A stretch of 64,000 bases of DNA from an uncultured Enterobacteriaceae bacterium. GTDB taxonomy: Bacteria; Pseudomonadota; Gammaproteobacteria; Burkholderiales; SG8-39. The DNA lies in assembly GCA_964461055.1 (NCBI GenBank), contig CAYWSG010000002.1, forward strand, positions 1,580 through 65,579, read 5' to 3'. Positions 44,993-54,928 of this stretch are shown here, one piece after another. The notes beneath the pieces were generated by a model. It searched no databases, was not told the origin of the DNA, and saw only the letters and a list, made by a program, of their open reading frames with translations. How positions within the stretch are numbered: position 1 is the stretch's first letter; each line of letters opens with the position of its first letter. A program made the position numbers and the translations under genes.

Positions 44993-47146
44993 GTGGTAAC
45001 GGTTGTCCAATTGCACCCGCAAAACTCCGCGGCCGCGCTCGAGTCCGTGGCCGCCGGGCTCGCGCCGCCCGACCGCGAGCTGCTCGCGCGGGCGCTCGAG
45101 TTTGCCGATCCGCTCTACGCCGGCCAGCGGCTCTCCTCCGGCGAGCCGACCTGGCTGCACGCCCTTGGACTCACCGCAGGACTCGCGGCCATCGGCATGG
45201 ACGCGCCCGGGCGCGCCGCCGGCGTGCTCTTCGCCGCGCCCCGGCATCTCGACGACCCGGACATTCTGGCCGAGCGCTTCGGCGCCGAGGTGGCCTCGCT
45301 CGCCGCGGGCGTCGAGAGGCTCTACCAGCTTCGCTCGATCACCCGCGGCAGCCCGCAGGAGCAGAACGAGATCCTCCGCAAGATGGTGCTCGGCATGGTG
45401 GAGGACGTGCGCGTGGTGCTCATCCGGCTCGCGAGCCGCACGCAGACGCTGCGGTGGTTCGCCAAGCACGATCACCCCGAGCGCTCGCAATATGCGCGCG
45501 AGACGCTCGACATCTACGCGCCGCTCGCCAACCGGCTCGGCGTGGGACAGCTGAAGTGGGAGCTCGAGGACCTCTCGTTCCGCTTCCTAGAGCCGGAGCT
45601 CTACAAGAAGATCGCCGCCATGCTCGACGAGCGGCGGCTCGAGCGGGAGCAGTACATCGAAGGCGCCATCGCCACGCTTTCGCGCGAGCTCGCGGCCGCC
45701 GGCGTCAAGGCCGAGATCACCGGCCGGCCCAAGCACATCTATTCCATCTGGAGCAAGATGCGGAAAAAGGGGCTCGATTTCTCGCAGCTCTACGACGTGC
45801 GTGCCTTGCGCGTGATCGTCCCCGAAGTGAAGGACTGCTACGCCGCGCTCGGCGTCGTCCACAATCTGTGGACCCCGATCCCGCGCGAGTTCGACGACTA
45901 CATTTCGCGGCCGAAGGGCAACTTCTACCAGTCGCTCCATACCGCCGTCCTCGGCCCGGCCGGCAAGACGCTCGAGGTGCAGATCCGCACGGAGGAGATG
46001 CACCGCCACGCCGAGTTCGGCGTCGCCGCGCACTGGCGCTACAAGGAGCCGGGACGCCCGGCGCGCCGCGCCGAAGCGGCATTCGAGGAGAAGATCGCGT
46101 GGCTGCGGCAGCTCCTCGCGTGGCGCGACGAGGTCTCCGACTGGGCCCGGGACACCAAGCAGGCGCGCCTGGACGATACCGTCTACGTGCTCACGCCGCA
46201 GGGCAAGGTGGTGGACCTGCCCGCCGGCGCGACGCCGGTCGATTTCGCGTATGCCCTGCACACCGACCTCGGGCACCGCTGCCGCGGCGCGCGCGTGGAC
46301 GGCCATATCGTCACGCTGGATACGCCGCTCTCGAGCGGCCAGCGGGTCGAGATCACGACCGTGAAGACGGGCGGGCCCTCGCGGGACTGGCTCAATCCCG
46401 AGCGCGGGTTCGTCAAGACGAACCGGGCCCGGCAGAAGATCCGGCAATGGTTCAACGCGCGAGCGCTCGCCGAGACGACGTCCGCGGGGCGCGCGAAGGT
46501 CGAGAAGGAGCTGCGCAGGCTCGGCGCCCAGGCGAGCCTCGAGGCGCTCGCGGCGCGCCTGGGGTTCGCCAAGCCGGAGGAGCTTTTCGCCGCGGTGGGC
46601 CGCGACGAGATCAACCTGCGGCAGCTGCAGGCCGCCGCGCGGCAGAACGAGCCGGGCGAGCGTCCCGCGCCGGCGCCGCTCGCGCGCCGGCGCAAGACCG
46701 GCGCCGGCCAGTCGGCCGTGCTCGTGGTCGGCATGGACCGGCTGCTCACGCAGCTCGCCCGCTGCTGCAAGCCGGTGCCGCCCGACCCGATCCGCGGCTT
46801 CGTCACGCGCGGCAAGGGCGTCTCGGTGCACCGGGAAGACTGCAGCTCGCTGCGCCGCCTGGCCGAAGCCGACCCGGAGCGGCTCATCGACGCCGAGTGG
46901 GGCGACCGCGAGGGCACCTACCCGGTCGACATGGCCGTCACCGCGACCGACCGGCGCGGGCTCCTGCGCGACATCGGCGACGCCCTTGCCCGGGAGCGCA
47001 TCAACGTGACCGCGGTGCGCACGCAGACGCGGGACGAGCTCGCCTTCATGCGCTTCACCTTCGAAGTGAGCGACCTCGCCCATCTCAAGCGCGCCTTCGC
47101 GGTGGTCCGGCAGGTGAAGGGCGTCATCCGGGCCGGGCGTGCCTAG
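44993..47146 (+). CDS. relA: GTP pyrophosphokinase RelA ((p)ppGpp synthetase I)
   Basis: 717 aa. Degenerate N-terminal HD region (no HD dyad), synthetase motifs RPKHIYSIWSKMRKKGLDFSQLYDVRALRVIV and YQSLHTAV, TGS domain (VYVLTPQGKVVDLPAGATPVDFAY), ACT domain at the C-terminus. GTG start. Confidence 0.92.
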   Translation: MVTVVQLHPQNSAAALESVAAGLAPPDRELLARALEFADPLYAGQRLSSGEPTWLHALGLTAGLAAIGMDAPGRAAGVLFAAPRHLDDPDILAERFGAEVASLAAGVERLYQLRSITRGSPQEQNEILRKMVLGMVEDVRVVLIRLASRTQTLRWFAKHDHPERSQYARETLDIYAPLANRLGVGQLKWELEDLSFRFLEPELYKKIAAMLDERRLEREQYIEGAIATLSRELAAAGVKAEITGRPKHIYSIWSKMRKKGLDFSQLYDVRALRVIVPEVKDCYAALGVVHNLWTPIPREFDDYISRPKGNFYQSLHTAVLGPAGKTLEVQIRTEEMHRHAEFGVAAHWRYKEPGRPARRAEAAFEEKIAWLRQLLAWRDEVSDWARDTKQARLDDTVYVLTPQGKVVDLPAGATPVDFAYALHTDLGHRCRGARVDGHIVTLDTPLSSGQRVEITTVKTGGPSRDWLNPERGFVKTNRARQKIRQWFNARALAETTSAGRAKVEKELRRLGAQASLEALAARLGFAKPEELFAAVGRDEINLRQLQAAARQNEPGERPAPAPLARRRKTGAGQSAVLVVGMDRLLTQLARCCKPVPPDPIRGFVTRGKGVSVHREDCSSLRRLAEADPERLIDAEWGDREGTYPVDMAVTATDRRGLLRDIGDALARERINVTAVRTQTRDELAFMRFTFEVSDLAHLKRAFAVVRQVKGVIRAGRA

Positions 47147-47163
47147 GCCGCGGGGCTCTGGTA

Positions 47164-47169
47164 TAGAAT
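47164..47169 (+). promoter_or_regulatory. -10-like hexamer TAGAAT upstream of tRNA-Val
   Basis: TGGTATAGAAT, 16 nt before the mature tRNA 5' end (47186). Confidence 0.4.
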
Positions 47170-47185
47170 TCCGCGCTTGCACCCT

Positions 47186-47262
47186 AGGCGCGTAGCTCAG
47201 CTGGTTAGAGCACTACCTTGACATGGTAGGGGTCGTTGGTTCGAGTCCAATCGCGCCTACCA
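47186..47262 (+). tRNA. tRNA-Val (anticodon GAC)
   Basis: AGGCGCG/TA/GCTC-AGCTGGTTA-GAGC/A/CTACC-TTGACAT-GGTAG/GGGTC/GTTGG-TTCGAGT-CCAAT/CGCGCCT-A-CCA. Full cloverleaf with encoded CCA. Confidence 0.93.
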
Positions 47263-47335
47263 ATTTCTCCCGGAAGGCAACAACGCGGCTCACGACGCGC
47301 AGCTTGATGACTTCGCAGTAACTCCGCCTCGCGCC

Positions 47336-49249
47336 ATGCCCGACATCCGCCTCCCGGACGGCTCCGTCAAGCGCTTTGCGCAGCCCGTCACCGTCGCCGA
47401 GATCGCCGCCTCCATCGGCGCCGGGCTCGCGCGCGCCGCGCTCGCGGGCAAGGTCGATGGGAGGCTCGTCGACACCTCGTACAAGGTGGACAGGGATGCG
47501 TCCGTCGCGATCGTCACCGAGCGCGACCCGGAAGGCCTCGAAATCATCCGCCATTCGACGGCGCACCTGCTGGCCCACGCGGTGAAGGAGCTCTTTCCCG
47601 AGGCGCAGGTGACGATCGGCCCGGTCATCGAGAACGGCTTCTACTACGACTTCGCCTACAAGAGGCCCTTCACGCCCGAAGACCTGGCGGCGATCGAGAA
47701 GCGCATGCAGGAGATCGCCCGCAAGGACCTGCCGGTCGAACGACGGGAGATGCCGCGCGACCAGGCGGTGAAGTTCTTCGCCGACATGGGCGAGAAATAC
47801 AAGGCCGAGATCATCGCCTCGATCCCGGAGAGCGAGACGATCTCGCTCTACGGCCAGGGCAACTGGATCGATCTCTGCCGCGGCCCCCACGTGCCCTCCA
47901 CCGGCAAGCTGAAGACGTTCAAGCTCATGCGGGTGGCCGGCGCCTATTGGCGCGGCGATTCGCGGAACGAGATGCTCCAGCGCATCTACGGCACCGCCTG
48001 GGCGAAGAAGGAAGACCAGGACGCCTACCTGAAGATGCTCGAGGAGGCCGAGAAGCGCGACCACCGCCGGCTCGGCACCCAGCTCGACCTCTTCCACATG
48101 CAGGAGGAGGCGCCGGGGCTCGTCTTCTGGCACCCGAAGGGCTGGGCGCTCTGGCAGCAGGTCGAGCAGTACATGCGCCGCGTCTACCGCGAGAACGGCT
48201 ACCAGGAAGTGCGCGGCCCCCAGATCCTCGACCGCAGCCTCTGGGAGCGCACCGGGCACTGGGAGAATTTCAAGGAGAACATGTTCACCACCTCATCGGA
48301 AAACCGCGACTACGCGGTGAAGCCGATGAACTGCCCGGGGCACATCCTCATCTTCAACAAGGGCGTGCGCAGCTATCGCGACCTGCCCCTGCGCTATGGC
48401 GAGTTCGGCTCCTGCCACCGCAACGAGCCTTCCGGCGCCCTGCACGGCCTGATGCGCGTGCGCGGCTTCGTCCAGGACGACGGGCACATTTTCTGCACCG
48501 AGGCGCAGATCCTCGACGAGTGCGTCGCCTTTACCGCGCTTCTGCAGAAGGTCTATCGCGATTTCGGCTTCAACGACGTCATCTACCGGGTCGCCACGCG
48601 GCCGGAAAAGCGCATCGGCTCCGACGAAGCGTGGGACCGCGCGGAGGCGGCCCTGAAGGAGTCCCTCGAGCGCTCGGGCGTGCCGTTCACCCTGTCGCCA
48701 GGGGAAGGCGCGTTCTACGGGCCGAAGATCGAGTACTCGCTCAAGGACGGGATCGGGCGCGTCTGGCAGTGCGGGACGATCCAGGTGGATTTCAGCATGC
48801 CCGGGCGCCTCGGCGCCGAGTACGTGGCCGAGGACAACACCCGCCGCACTCCCGTCATGCTGCACCGGGCGATCGTCGGCTCCATGGAGCGGTTCCTCGG
48901 CATCCTGATCGAGCACTACGCCGGCGCCTTCCCGGTCTGGCTCGCCCCGGTACAGGTCGCCGTCCTCAACATCACCGAGCGGCAGGCCGCCTATGCGCAG
49001 AAGGTGCTCGAGACGCTGCGCGGACGCGGCTTCCGGGCCCTCGCCGATTTGCGAAACGAGAAAATTTCCTATAAGATTCGCGAACATAGCCTGCAGAAGC
49101 TGCCCTACCAGCTGGTGCTGGGGGATAAGGAGATGCAGGCCAATACGGTGGCCGTGCGCACGCGAAGCGGGGAGGATCTGGGGGCGATGACCCTCGACGC
49201 CTTCACCGCCCGCCTCGAGGCCGAGGCGAACGCGAAAGTGCACGGCTGA
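47336..49249 (+). CDS. thrS: Threonine--tRNA ligase
   Basis: 637 aa. TGS domain [14 protein letters not shown], second additional (editing) domain [10 protein letters not shown], class II core (FRGPHV..., [18 protein letters not shown]), anticodon-binding C-domain. Confidence 0.96.
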   Translation: MPDIRLPDGSVKRFAQPVTVAEIAASIGAGLARAALAGKVDGRLVDTSYKVDRDASVAIVTERDPEGLEIIRHSTAHLLAHAVKELFPEAQVTIGPVIENGFYYDFAYKRPFTPEDLAAIEKRMQEIARKDLPVERREMPRDQAVKFFADMGEKYKAEIIASIPESETISLYGQGNWIDLCRGPHVPSTGKLKTFKLMRVAGAYWRGDSRNEMLQRIYGTAWAKKEDQDAYLKMLEEAEKRDHRRLGTQLDLFHMQEEAPGLVFWHPKGWALWQQVEQYMRRVYRENGYQEVRGPQILDRSLWERTGHWENFKENMFTTSSENRDYAVKPMNCPGHILIFNKGVRSYRDLPLRYGEFGSCHRNEPSGALHGLMRVRGFVQDDGHIFCTEAQILDECVAFTALLQKVYRDFGFNDVIYRVATRPEKRIGSDEAWDRAEAALKESLERSGVPFTLSPGEGAFYGPKIEYSLKDGIGRVWQCGTIQVDFSMPGRLGAEYVAEDNTRRTPVMLHRAIVGSMERFLGILIEHYAGAFPVWLAPVQVAVLNITERQAAYAQKVLETLRGRGFRALADLRNEKISYKIREHSLQKLPYQLVLGDKEMQANTVAVRTRSGEDLGAMTLDAFTARLEAEANAKVHG

Positions 49250-49279
49250 TTTTTTTGACGAACAGAGGAGCTTTTTCTC

Positions 49280-49894
49280 ATCGCACTCGACAGATCGCAA
49301 CGCATCAACCGGGAAATCACGGCCCCGGAGGTGCGCCTGGTGGCGGAAAACGGAGACCAGCTGGGGATTCAGCCGATAGCGGCGGCGCTCCGGATGGCCG
49401 AAGAGCAGAACGTGGATCTCGTGGAGATCGCACCGCTCGCGAACCCGCCAGTCTGCAAGCTGATGGACTACGGCAAGTTCCGGTACCGCGAGCAGAAGAA
49501 GGCGCACGAAGCCAAGCTGAAGCAGAAGCAGATCCAGGTGAAGGAAATCAAGTTCCGGCCTGGGACCGACGAAGGCGACTACAAGATCAAGCTGGCAAAG
49601 CTGCTCGCCTTCCTCGAAGAGGGCGACAAGGCGAAGGTGACGTTGCGGTTCCGGGGGCGGGAGATGGCGCACCGCGAGTTCGGCGAGCGCCTGCTCGAGC
49701 GGGTGCGGGGCGATCTGGAGTCGGTCGGCGTGGTCGAGCAGTATCCGCGCCTCGAGGGCCGGCAGATGGTGATGGTGATCGCGCCCAAGAAGAAGGCGGT
49801 GCCGCCGGCGAAGGGAAAGGCGGAGAAGGCGCCCGCGGCGGACAAGGCCGCGGAGCCGAGAAAGGTTGCAGCAAAGCCCGCCGCGGCACGCTAG
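49280..49894 (+). CDS. infC: Translation initiation factor IF-3 (non-canonical ATC start)
   Basis: Frame opens after TGA 49256-49258, and no ATG/GTG/TTG occurs before GTG 49331. The conserved N-terminus [14 protein letters not shown] precedes that GTG. ATC 49280 lies 9 nt after GAGGAG (49265-49270). Body [29 protein letters not shown]... Confidence 0.85.
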   Translation: MALDRSQRINREITAPEVRLVAENGDQLGIQPIAAALRMAEEQNVDLVEIAPLANPPVCKLMDYGKFRYREQKKAHEAKLKQKQIQVKEIKFRPGTDEGDYKIKLAKLLAFLEEGDKAKVTLRFRGREMAHREFGERLLERVRGDLESVGVVEQYPRLEGRQMVMVIAPKKKAVPPAKGKAEKAPAADKAAEPRKVAAKPAAAR

Positions 49895-50001
49895 CGGCGG
49901 GATACAAGTGATGGCCGCGGCTTAAAGCGCCCGCGCCGCGCTGCCTTGGGCAGCGCGCTCCCCGGGACGCCCGGCGTCAGGCTAGAAAAGGAGCAGTTGT
50001 C

Positions 50002-50202
50002 ATGCCGAAGATGAAGTCCAAGAAGAGCGCAGCCAAGCGCTTTACCGTCCGCTCGAGCGGCGGCATCAAGCGCTCGCACGCGTACATGCGCCACATCCTC
50101 ACCAAGAAGAGCACGAAGCGCAAGCGCCAGCTTCGCGGCACCACCAACGTCCACGACAGCGATGCGCGCGCCGTGCGCGCCATGCTGCCTTACGCGTCGT
50201 AA
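50002..50202 (+). CDS. rpmI: 50S ribosomal protein L35
   Basis: [53 protein letters not shown] upstream. Confidence 0.96.
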   Translation: MPKMKSKKSAAKRFTVRSSGGIKRSHAYMRHILTKKSTKRKRQLRGTTNVHDSDARAVRAMLPYAS

Positions 50203-50211
50203 GGAGCCGCC

Positions 50212-50571
50212 ATGCCGAGAGCCAAGCGAGGCGCGACTGCACGCGCGCGCCACAAGAAGGTCCTGAAGCAGGCGAAGGGATTCCGCGGCCGCCGGGGCAG
50301 CGTCTATCGCGTCGCCAAGCAGGCGGTCATGAAGGCCGGGCAGTACGCCTACCGTGACCGCCGGCAGAAAAAGCGCGAATTCCGCGCGCTCTGGATCACG
50401 CGCATCAACGCGGCGGTGCGCGAGCTGGGCATGAGCTACAGCACGTTCATGTCGGGCCTGAGGCGCGCCAACATCGAGATCGACCGCAAGGTGCTCGCGG
50501 ATCTCGCGGTCCGGGACAAGCCGGCCTTCGCCAAGATCGCGGGCCAGGCCAAAGCCAGCCTCACGCATTAA
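50212..50571 (+). CDS. rplT: 50S ribosomal protein L20
   Basis: [28 protein letters not shown]...[23 protein letters not shown]. Confidence 0.96.
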   Translation: MPRAKRGATARARHKKVLKQAKGFRGRRGSVYRVAKQAVMKAGQYAYRDRRQKKREFRALWITRINAAVRELGMSYSTFMSGLRRANIEIDRKVLADLAVRDKPAFAKIAGQAKASLTH

Positions 50572-50575
50572 TTAA

Positions 50576-51604
50576 TTGCAGCACGCCGACCAGGACCTCA
50601 GCGGCATCGTCTCTCGCGCGCTCGAGGCGTTCGGCGCGGCGAGCGATGCCGCGAGCCTCGAGAACGCCAAGGCGCGCTTCCTGGGCAAGAGCGGCGAGCT
50701 CGCCGCCTTCCAGGCCACGCTGAAGTCGCTTCCCGCCGAGCAGAAGCGCGCTGCCGGCGCGGCGTTCAACGGCGCGAAGCAGAAAATCGAGGCGGCCCTC
50801 GAGGCGCGCCGCGCCGCGATCGCCGAGGCGGCGCTCGAGGCGAGGCTCGCCGAGGAGGCGCTCGACGTCACGCTCCCGGGCCGCGGGCGCGGGCGCGGCA
50901 GCATCCACCCGGTCATCCGCACCTGGCGGCGCATCGAGGAGATCTGGCGCTCGATCGGCTTCGCCGTGGCCGACGGCCCGGAGATCGAGACCGACTGGTA
51001 CAACTTCACCGCGCTCAACAACCCGGAGAACCATCCTGCGCGCTCCATGCAGGACACGTTCTACGTGGACCTCACCGACGCGGACGGCCTGCCGCTCGTG
51101 CTGCGCACGCACACGAGCCCCATGCAGGTGCGCTACGCGCGAATGCACGAGCCGCCCATCAAGGTCATCGCGCCGGGCCGCACCTACCGGGTGGACTCCG
51201 ACGCGACCCATTCGCCGATGTTCCACCAGGTCGAGGGCCTGTGGATCGACGAGCACATCAGCTTCGCGGACCTCAAGGGCGTGTACACCGAGTTCCTGCG
51301 CCGCTTCTTCGAGATGGACGACCTGGAGGTGCGCTTCCGCCCTTCGTTCTTCCCCTTCACGGAGCCCTCGGCGGAGATCGACCTCAAGTTCCAGAGCGGC
51401 GCGCTGAAGGGCCGCTGGCTCGAGATTTCCGGCTCGGGGCAGGTGCATCCCACCGTGGTGCGCAACTTCGGGCTCGACCCCGAGCGCTACATCGGCTTCG
51501 CGTTCGGCTCCGGGCTCGAGCGGCTCACGATGCTGCGCTACGGCATCGACGATCTGCGCCTTTTCTTCGACGGCGACCTGCGCTTCCTGGCGCAGTTCGC
51601 GTGA
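50576..51604 (+). CDS. pheS: Phenylalanine--tRNA ligase alpha subunit
   Basis: TTG start 4 nt after the rplT stop. [72 protein letters not shown]. Confidence 0.95.
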   Translation: MQHADQDLSGIVSRALEAFGAASDAASLENAKARFLGKSGELAAFQATLKSLPAEQKRAAGAAFNGAKQKIEAALEARRAAIAEAALEARLAEEALDVTLPGRGRGRGSIHPVIRTWRRIEEIWRSIGFAVADGPEIETDWYNFTALNNPENHPARSMQDTFYVDLTDADGLPLVLRTHTSPMQVRYARMHEPPIKVIAPGRTYRVDSDATHSPMFHQVEGLWIDEHISFADLKGVYTEFLRRFFEMDDLEVRFRPSFFPFTEPSAEIDLKFQSGALKGRWLEISGSGQVHPTVVRNFGLDPERYIGFAFGSGLERLTMLRYGIDDLRLFFDGDLRFLAQFA

Positions 51605-51644
51605 GCGCGCTGGAGACGGCCGGCGTGCGCGTGAAGGTATCCCG

Positions 51645-54041
51645 ATGAACATCCCCGAGCGGTGGCTGCGCAGCTTCTGCAATCCGGGGCTTTCCGGCGA
51701 GGCCATCGCCGAGCGACTGACGATGGCCGGGCTGGAAGTGGAGTCCTACGAGCCCGTGGGGCCGCAGTTCAGCGGCGTCGTGGTGGGCGAGATCCTCTCC
51801 GTCGAGAAGCATCCGGGCGCCGAGAAGCTCGCCGTGTGCCGGGTCTCGGCCGGCGAGCGCGCGGTGCAGGTGGTCTGCGGCGCGCCCAACGCGCGCGCCG
51901 GACTCAAGGCGCCGCTCGCCATGGTGGGCGCGCGGCTGCCGCAAGGCGTGGTTGTAAAGAAGGCGAACCTGCGAGGCGCCGAGAGCGAGGGCATGCTTCT
52001 CTCGGCCCGGGAGCTCGGGCTCTCCGACGACCATTCCGGGCTTCTCGAGCTCGACGCCGCGGCCGTCGCCGGCACCGAGCTCCGGCAGCATCTCGGGCTC
52101 GACGAGCACGTGCTGACGCTGAAGCTCACGCCGAACCGTGGGGACGCGCTTTCGGTTCTCGGCGTGGCGCGCGAGCTGGCGGCGCTCACCGGCGCGCCGC
52201 TCACGCCGCCCGCCATCGAGCCGGTTCCCGCCAAGGGCAAGCACGAGCATCCGGTGCGCATCACCCATGCCGAGGGATGCGGACGCTTTTCGGGCCGCGT
52301 CATCCGGAACGTCGATGCGTCGGCGCCGACCCCCGACTGGATGAAGGCGCGCCTCGAGGCGGCGGGGCAGCGCTCCATCTCCGCGCTCGTGGACGTCACG
52401 AACTACGTCATGCTCGAGCTCGGCAGGCCGCTCCACGTCTACGACCTCGACAAGCTCCGCGGGGCGATCGACGTGCGCTGGGGGCGCAAGGGCGAGCGGC
52501 TGCGCCTTCTCAACGAGCAGGAAGTCGTCGTCGACGAGTCGGTGCTCTGCATCACCGACGACTCGGGCCCGATCGGGCTCGCGGGCATCATGGGCGGCGA
52601 CTCGACCAAGGCCGAGTCGAGCACGCGCCACGTGTTTCTCGAGTCGGCGTTCTTCTTCCCCGAAGCCATCGCGGGGCGCGCGAGGCGCTTCAACTTCTCG
52701 AGCGACGCCTCGCACCGCTTCGAGCGGGGCGTCGACTTCGACAACAACCTCGCCGGCATCGAGCGCGCGACCCGGCTCATCCTCGACATTTGCGGCGGCG
52801 AGCCGGGCCCCACCCGCGATCTCGTCGCGCGGCTGCCCGAGCGAAAGCCGGTTCGCATGCGCGTCGCGCGGGCGCAGAAGGTGATCGGCGTGCCCGTCGC
52901 CGCCGACGAGATGGCGGCGATCTTCGCCCGCCTGGGCTTGCCGGCGAAGCTCGACGGCGTCGCCTTCGAGGTCCAGCCGCCCAGCTTCCGCTTCGATCTC
53001 GCGATCGAGGAGGACCTCATCGAGGAGGTCGCCCGCATTTACGGCTTCGAGCGCATCGCCAGCCTGCCGCCGCGCGCACCGGCGGTCATGCTGAAGGCGC
53101 CGGAGTCCAGGCGAAGCCTGCACGAGCTGCGCGCGCGGCTCGCCGCAGCCGACTACCGCGAAGTCATCAATTTCACGTTCGTCGAGCCCGCGTGGGAGGC
53201 CGATTTCGCGGGTGGGCCGGAGCCGATCCGGCTGCTCAACCCGATCGCGAGCCAACTCTCGGTCATGCGCACGACGCTCATCGGCTCGCTCGTCGGGAAC
53301 CTGCGCTACAACCGCGCGCGCAAGCTCGAGCGCATCCGCGTCTTCGAGATCGGCCGGGCTTTCCTGCGCGATCCGGCCGCGCCCGAGGGACCGCTCGCGG
53401 TGCGCGGCGTCCGCCAGCCGATCCGGGTGGCCGCAGCGGCCTGCGGGCCGGCGCTCGAGGAGCAGTGGGGCACGCCGACGCGGCCCGTCGACTTCTTCGA
53501 CGTGAAAGCCGATGTGGAGGCGCTGGCCGCGCCGCTCGCGCCGCGCTTCGAGCCGGCAACGCACCCCGCTTTCCATCCGGGCCGCTCGGCCCGCGTCCTC
53601 CTCGGCGACGAGGCGATCGGCTGGCTGGGCGAGCTGCATCCGCGCTGGGAGCGCAAGTACGAGCTGCCGCATCCCGTGGTCCTGTTCGAGCTGGATGCCG
53701 AAGCGCTGCAGGAGGTGCCGCTTCCCCGCTTCGTGCCTCCGTCCAAGTACCCGCCCGTGGTCCGGGACATCGCGGTGCTCGTCAAGGCCGAGGTCCCGGC
53801 GCAGGCGCTTTTGGATGCGCTTCGGGCCGAGAAACCGGCCTTCGTGCGGGAGGTCACGATCTTTGACGTTTACCAGGGAAAGACGCTCTCCGAGCAGGCC
53901 GCCAGAGGGCTAAAAAGCCTTGCTTTTCGGGTAGTTATGCAACATACTGAACGAACCCTTACGGATGCGGAGGCGGACGCTGCCCGCGACGAGCTGGTCG
54001 GTCTGCTGGGCCGCAAATTCTCCGCAACGCTGCGCAGATAA
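51645..54041 (+). CDS. pheT: Phenylalanine--tRNA ligase beta subunit
   Basis: 798 aa. N-terminal tRNA-binding OB domain (VVVGEILSVEKHPGAEKLAVCRV), B3/4, B5 and C-terminal FDX-ACB domains. Confidence 0.95.
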   Translation: MNIPERWLRSFCNPGLSGEAIAERLTMAGLEVESYEPVGPQFSGVVVGEILSVEKHPGAEKLAVCRVSAGERAVQVVCGAPNARAGLKAPLAMVGARLPQGVVVKKANLRGAESEGMLLSARELGLSDDHSGLLELDAAAVAGTELRQHLGLDEHVLTLKLTPNRGDALSVLGVARELAALTGAPLTPPAIEPVPAKGKHEHPVRITHAEGCGRFSGRVIRNVDASAPTPDWMKARLEAAGQRSISALVDVTNYVMLELGRPLHVYDLDKLRGAIDVRWGRKGERLRLLNEQEVVVDESVLCITDDSGPIGLAGIMGGDSTKAESSTRHVFLESAFFFPEAIAGRARRFNFSSDASHRFERGVDFDNNLAGIERATRLILDICGGEPGPTRDLVARLPERKPVRMRVARAQKVIGVPVAADEMAAIFARLGLPAKLDGVAFEVQPPSFRFDLAIEEDLIEEVARIYGFERIASLPPRAPAVMLKAPESRRSLHELRARLAAADYREVINFTFVEPAWEADFAGGPEPIRLLNPIASQLSVMRTTLIGSLVGNLRYNRARKLERIRVFEIGRAFLRDPAAPEGPLAVRGVRQPIRVAAAACGPALEEQWGTPTRPVDFFDVKADVEALAAPLAPRFEPATHPAFHPGRSARVLLGDEAIGWLGELHPRWERKYELPHPVVLFELDAEALQEVPLPRFVPPSKYPPVVRDIAVLVKAEVPAQALLDALRAEKPAFVREVTIFDVYQGKTLSEQAARGLKSLAFRVVMQHTERTLTDAEADAARDELVGLLGRKFSATLRR

Positions 54042-54062
54042 GTGGGATTCGAGGGAGTCGCA

Positions 54063-54374
54063 ATGACGTTGACGAAGGCCGAGCTCGCCGACCTGCTGTT
54101 CGAGAAGGTCGGCCTCAACAAGCGTGAGGCCAAGGACATGGTCGAAGCCTTCTTCGAGGAAATCCGGGGGGCGCTCGAGCGCGGGGAGAGCGTCAAGCTC
54201 TCCGGGTTCGGCAACTTCCAGCTCCGGGACAAGCCCCAGCGGCCCGGCCGCAACCCGAAGACCGGGGAGGAGATCCCCATCAGCGCCCGTCGCGTCGTCA
54301 CCTTCCACGCCAGCCAGAAGCTCAAGGCCATGGTGGAAAAGGCCCGCCATGGAGCCCAGCCGGAAAAGAACTGA
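54063..54374 (+). CDS. ihfA: Integration host factor subunit alpha
   Basis: [82 protein letters not shown]. Confidence 0.95.
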   Translation: MTLTKAELADLLFEKVGLNKREAKDMVEAFFEEIRGALERGESVKLSGFGNFQLRDKPQRPGRNPKTGEEIPISARRVVTFHASQKLKAMVEKARHGAQPEKN

Positions 54375-54738
54375 ACTGCCGCCGATCCCGGCGAAGCGCT
54401 ACTTCACCATCGGCGAGGTAAGCGAGCTTTGCGGGGTGAAGCCCCACGTGCTGCGCTACTGGGAGCAGGAATTCACGCAGCTGAAGCCCGTGAAGCGGCG
54501 CGGCAACCGGCGCTACTACCAGCACCACGAGGTCCTGCTCATCCGGCGCATCCGCGAGCTCCTCTACGAGGAAGGCTTCACCATCAGCGGCGCGCGCAAC
54601 CGCCTGGACAATTCGCTTGCCGAGGAGCGCGCCGAGCCCGGCGTGCGCAACGGCCGCAGCGGCGAGAGCGCGGAGGGGATCGATCTCGCGTCGATCAAGC
54701 GCGAGCTGCAGGCTGTCCTGGAGGTGCTGCAGCCCTGA
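54349..54738 (+). CDS. MerR family transcriptional regulator (conserved partner downstream of ihfA)
   Basis: 129 aa. [43 protein letters not shown]. 26-nt overlap with the ihfA 3' end. Confidence 0.85.
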   Translation: MEPSRKRTELPPIPAKRYFTIGEVSELCGVKPHVLRYWEQEFTQLKPVKRRGNRRYYQHHEVLLIRRIRELLYEEGFTISGARNRLDNSLAEERAEPGVRNGRSGESAEGIDLASIKRELQAVLEVLQP

Positions 54739-54767
54739 TTGGCGCGGCCGCCGGCAACAACGCGGGG

Positions 54768-54773
54768 TAGAAT
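54768..54773 (+). promoter_or_regulatory. -10-like hexamer TAGAAT upstream of tRNA-Pro
   Basis: Only 8 nt (TGAAGCAT) separate the hexamer from the mature 5' end at 54782. Confidence 0.4.
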
Positions 54774-54781
54774 TGAAGCAT

Positions 54782-54858
54782 CGGGGCGTAGCGCAGCCTG
54801 GTAGCGTACCTGCATGGGGTGCAGGTGGTCGCGAGTTCAAATCTCGCCGCCCCGACCA
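54782..54858 (+). tRNA. tRNA-Pro (anticodon GGG)
   Basis: CGGGGCG/TA/GCGC-AGCCTGGTA-GCGT/A/CCTGC-ATGGGGT-GCAGG/TGGTC/GCGAG-TTCAAAT-CTCGC/CGCCCCG-A-CCA. G37 as expected for Pro. Encoded CCA. Confidence 0.92.
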
Positions 54859-54916
54859 GTTCCTTTCCATTAAAAGAACGCCCGAGCAGCGTCAAAGGCC
54901 GCCTGGGCATAGGTTT

Positions 54917-54922
54917 TAGAAT
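54917..54922 (+). promoter_or_regulatory. -10-like hexamer TAGAAT, 6 nt upstream of surE GTG 54929
   Basis: TAGAATCGCCCG-GTG. No SD. Confidence 0.4.
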
Positions 54923-54928
54923 CGCCCG

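Noticed and set aside
49937-49957. 9-bp GC hairpin (CGCGCTGCC-TTG-GGCAGCGCG) between infC and rpmI as an intrinsic terminator
   Set aside because: There is no U-tract downstream, the loop is only 3 nt, and infC-rpmI-rplT are normally co-transcribed. It could be part of an L20-responsive leader, but I cannot support that from sequence alone.
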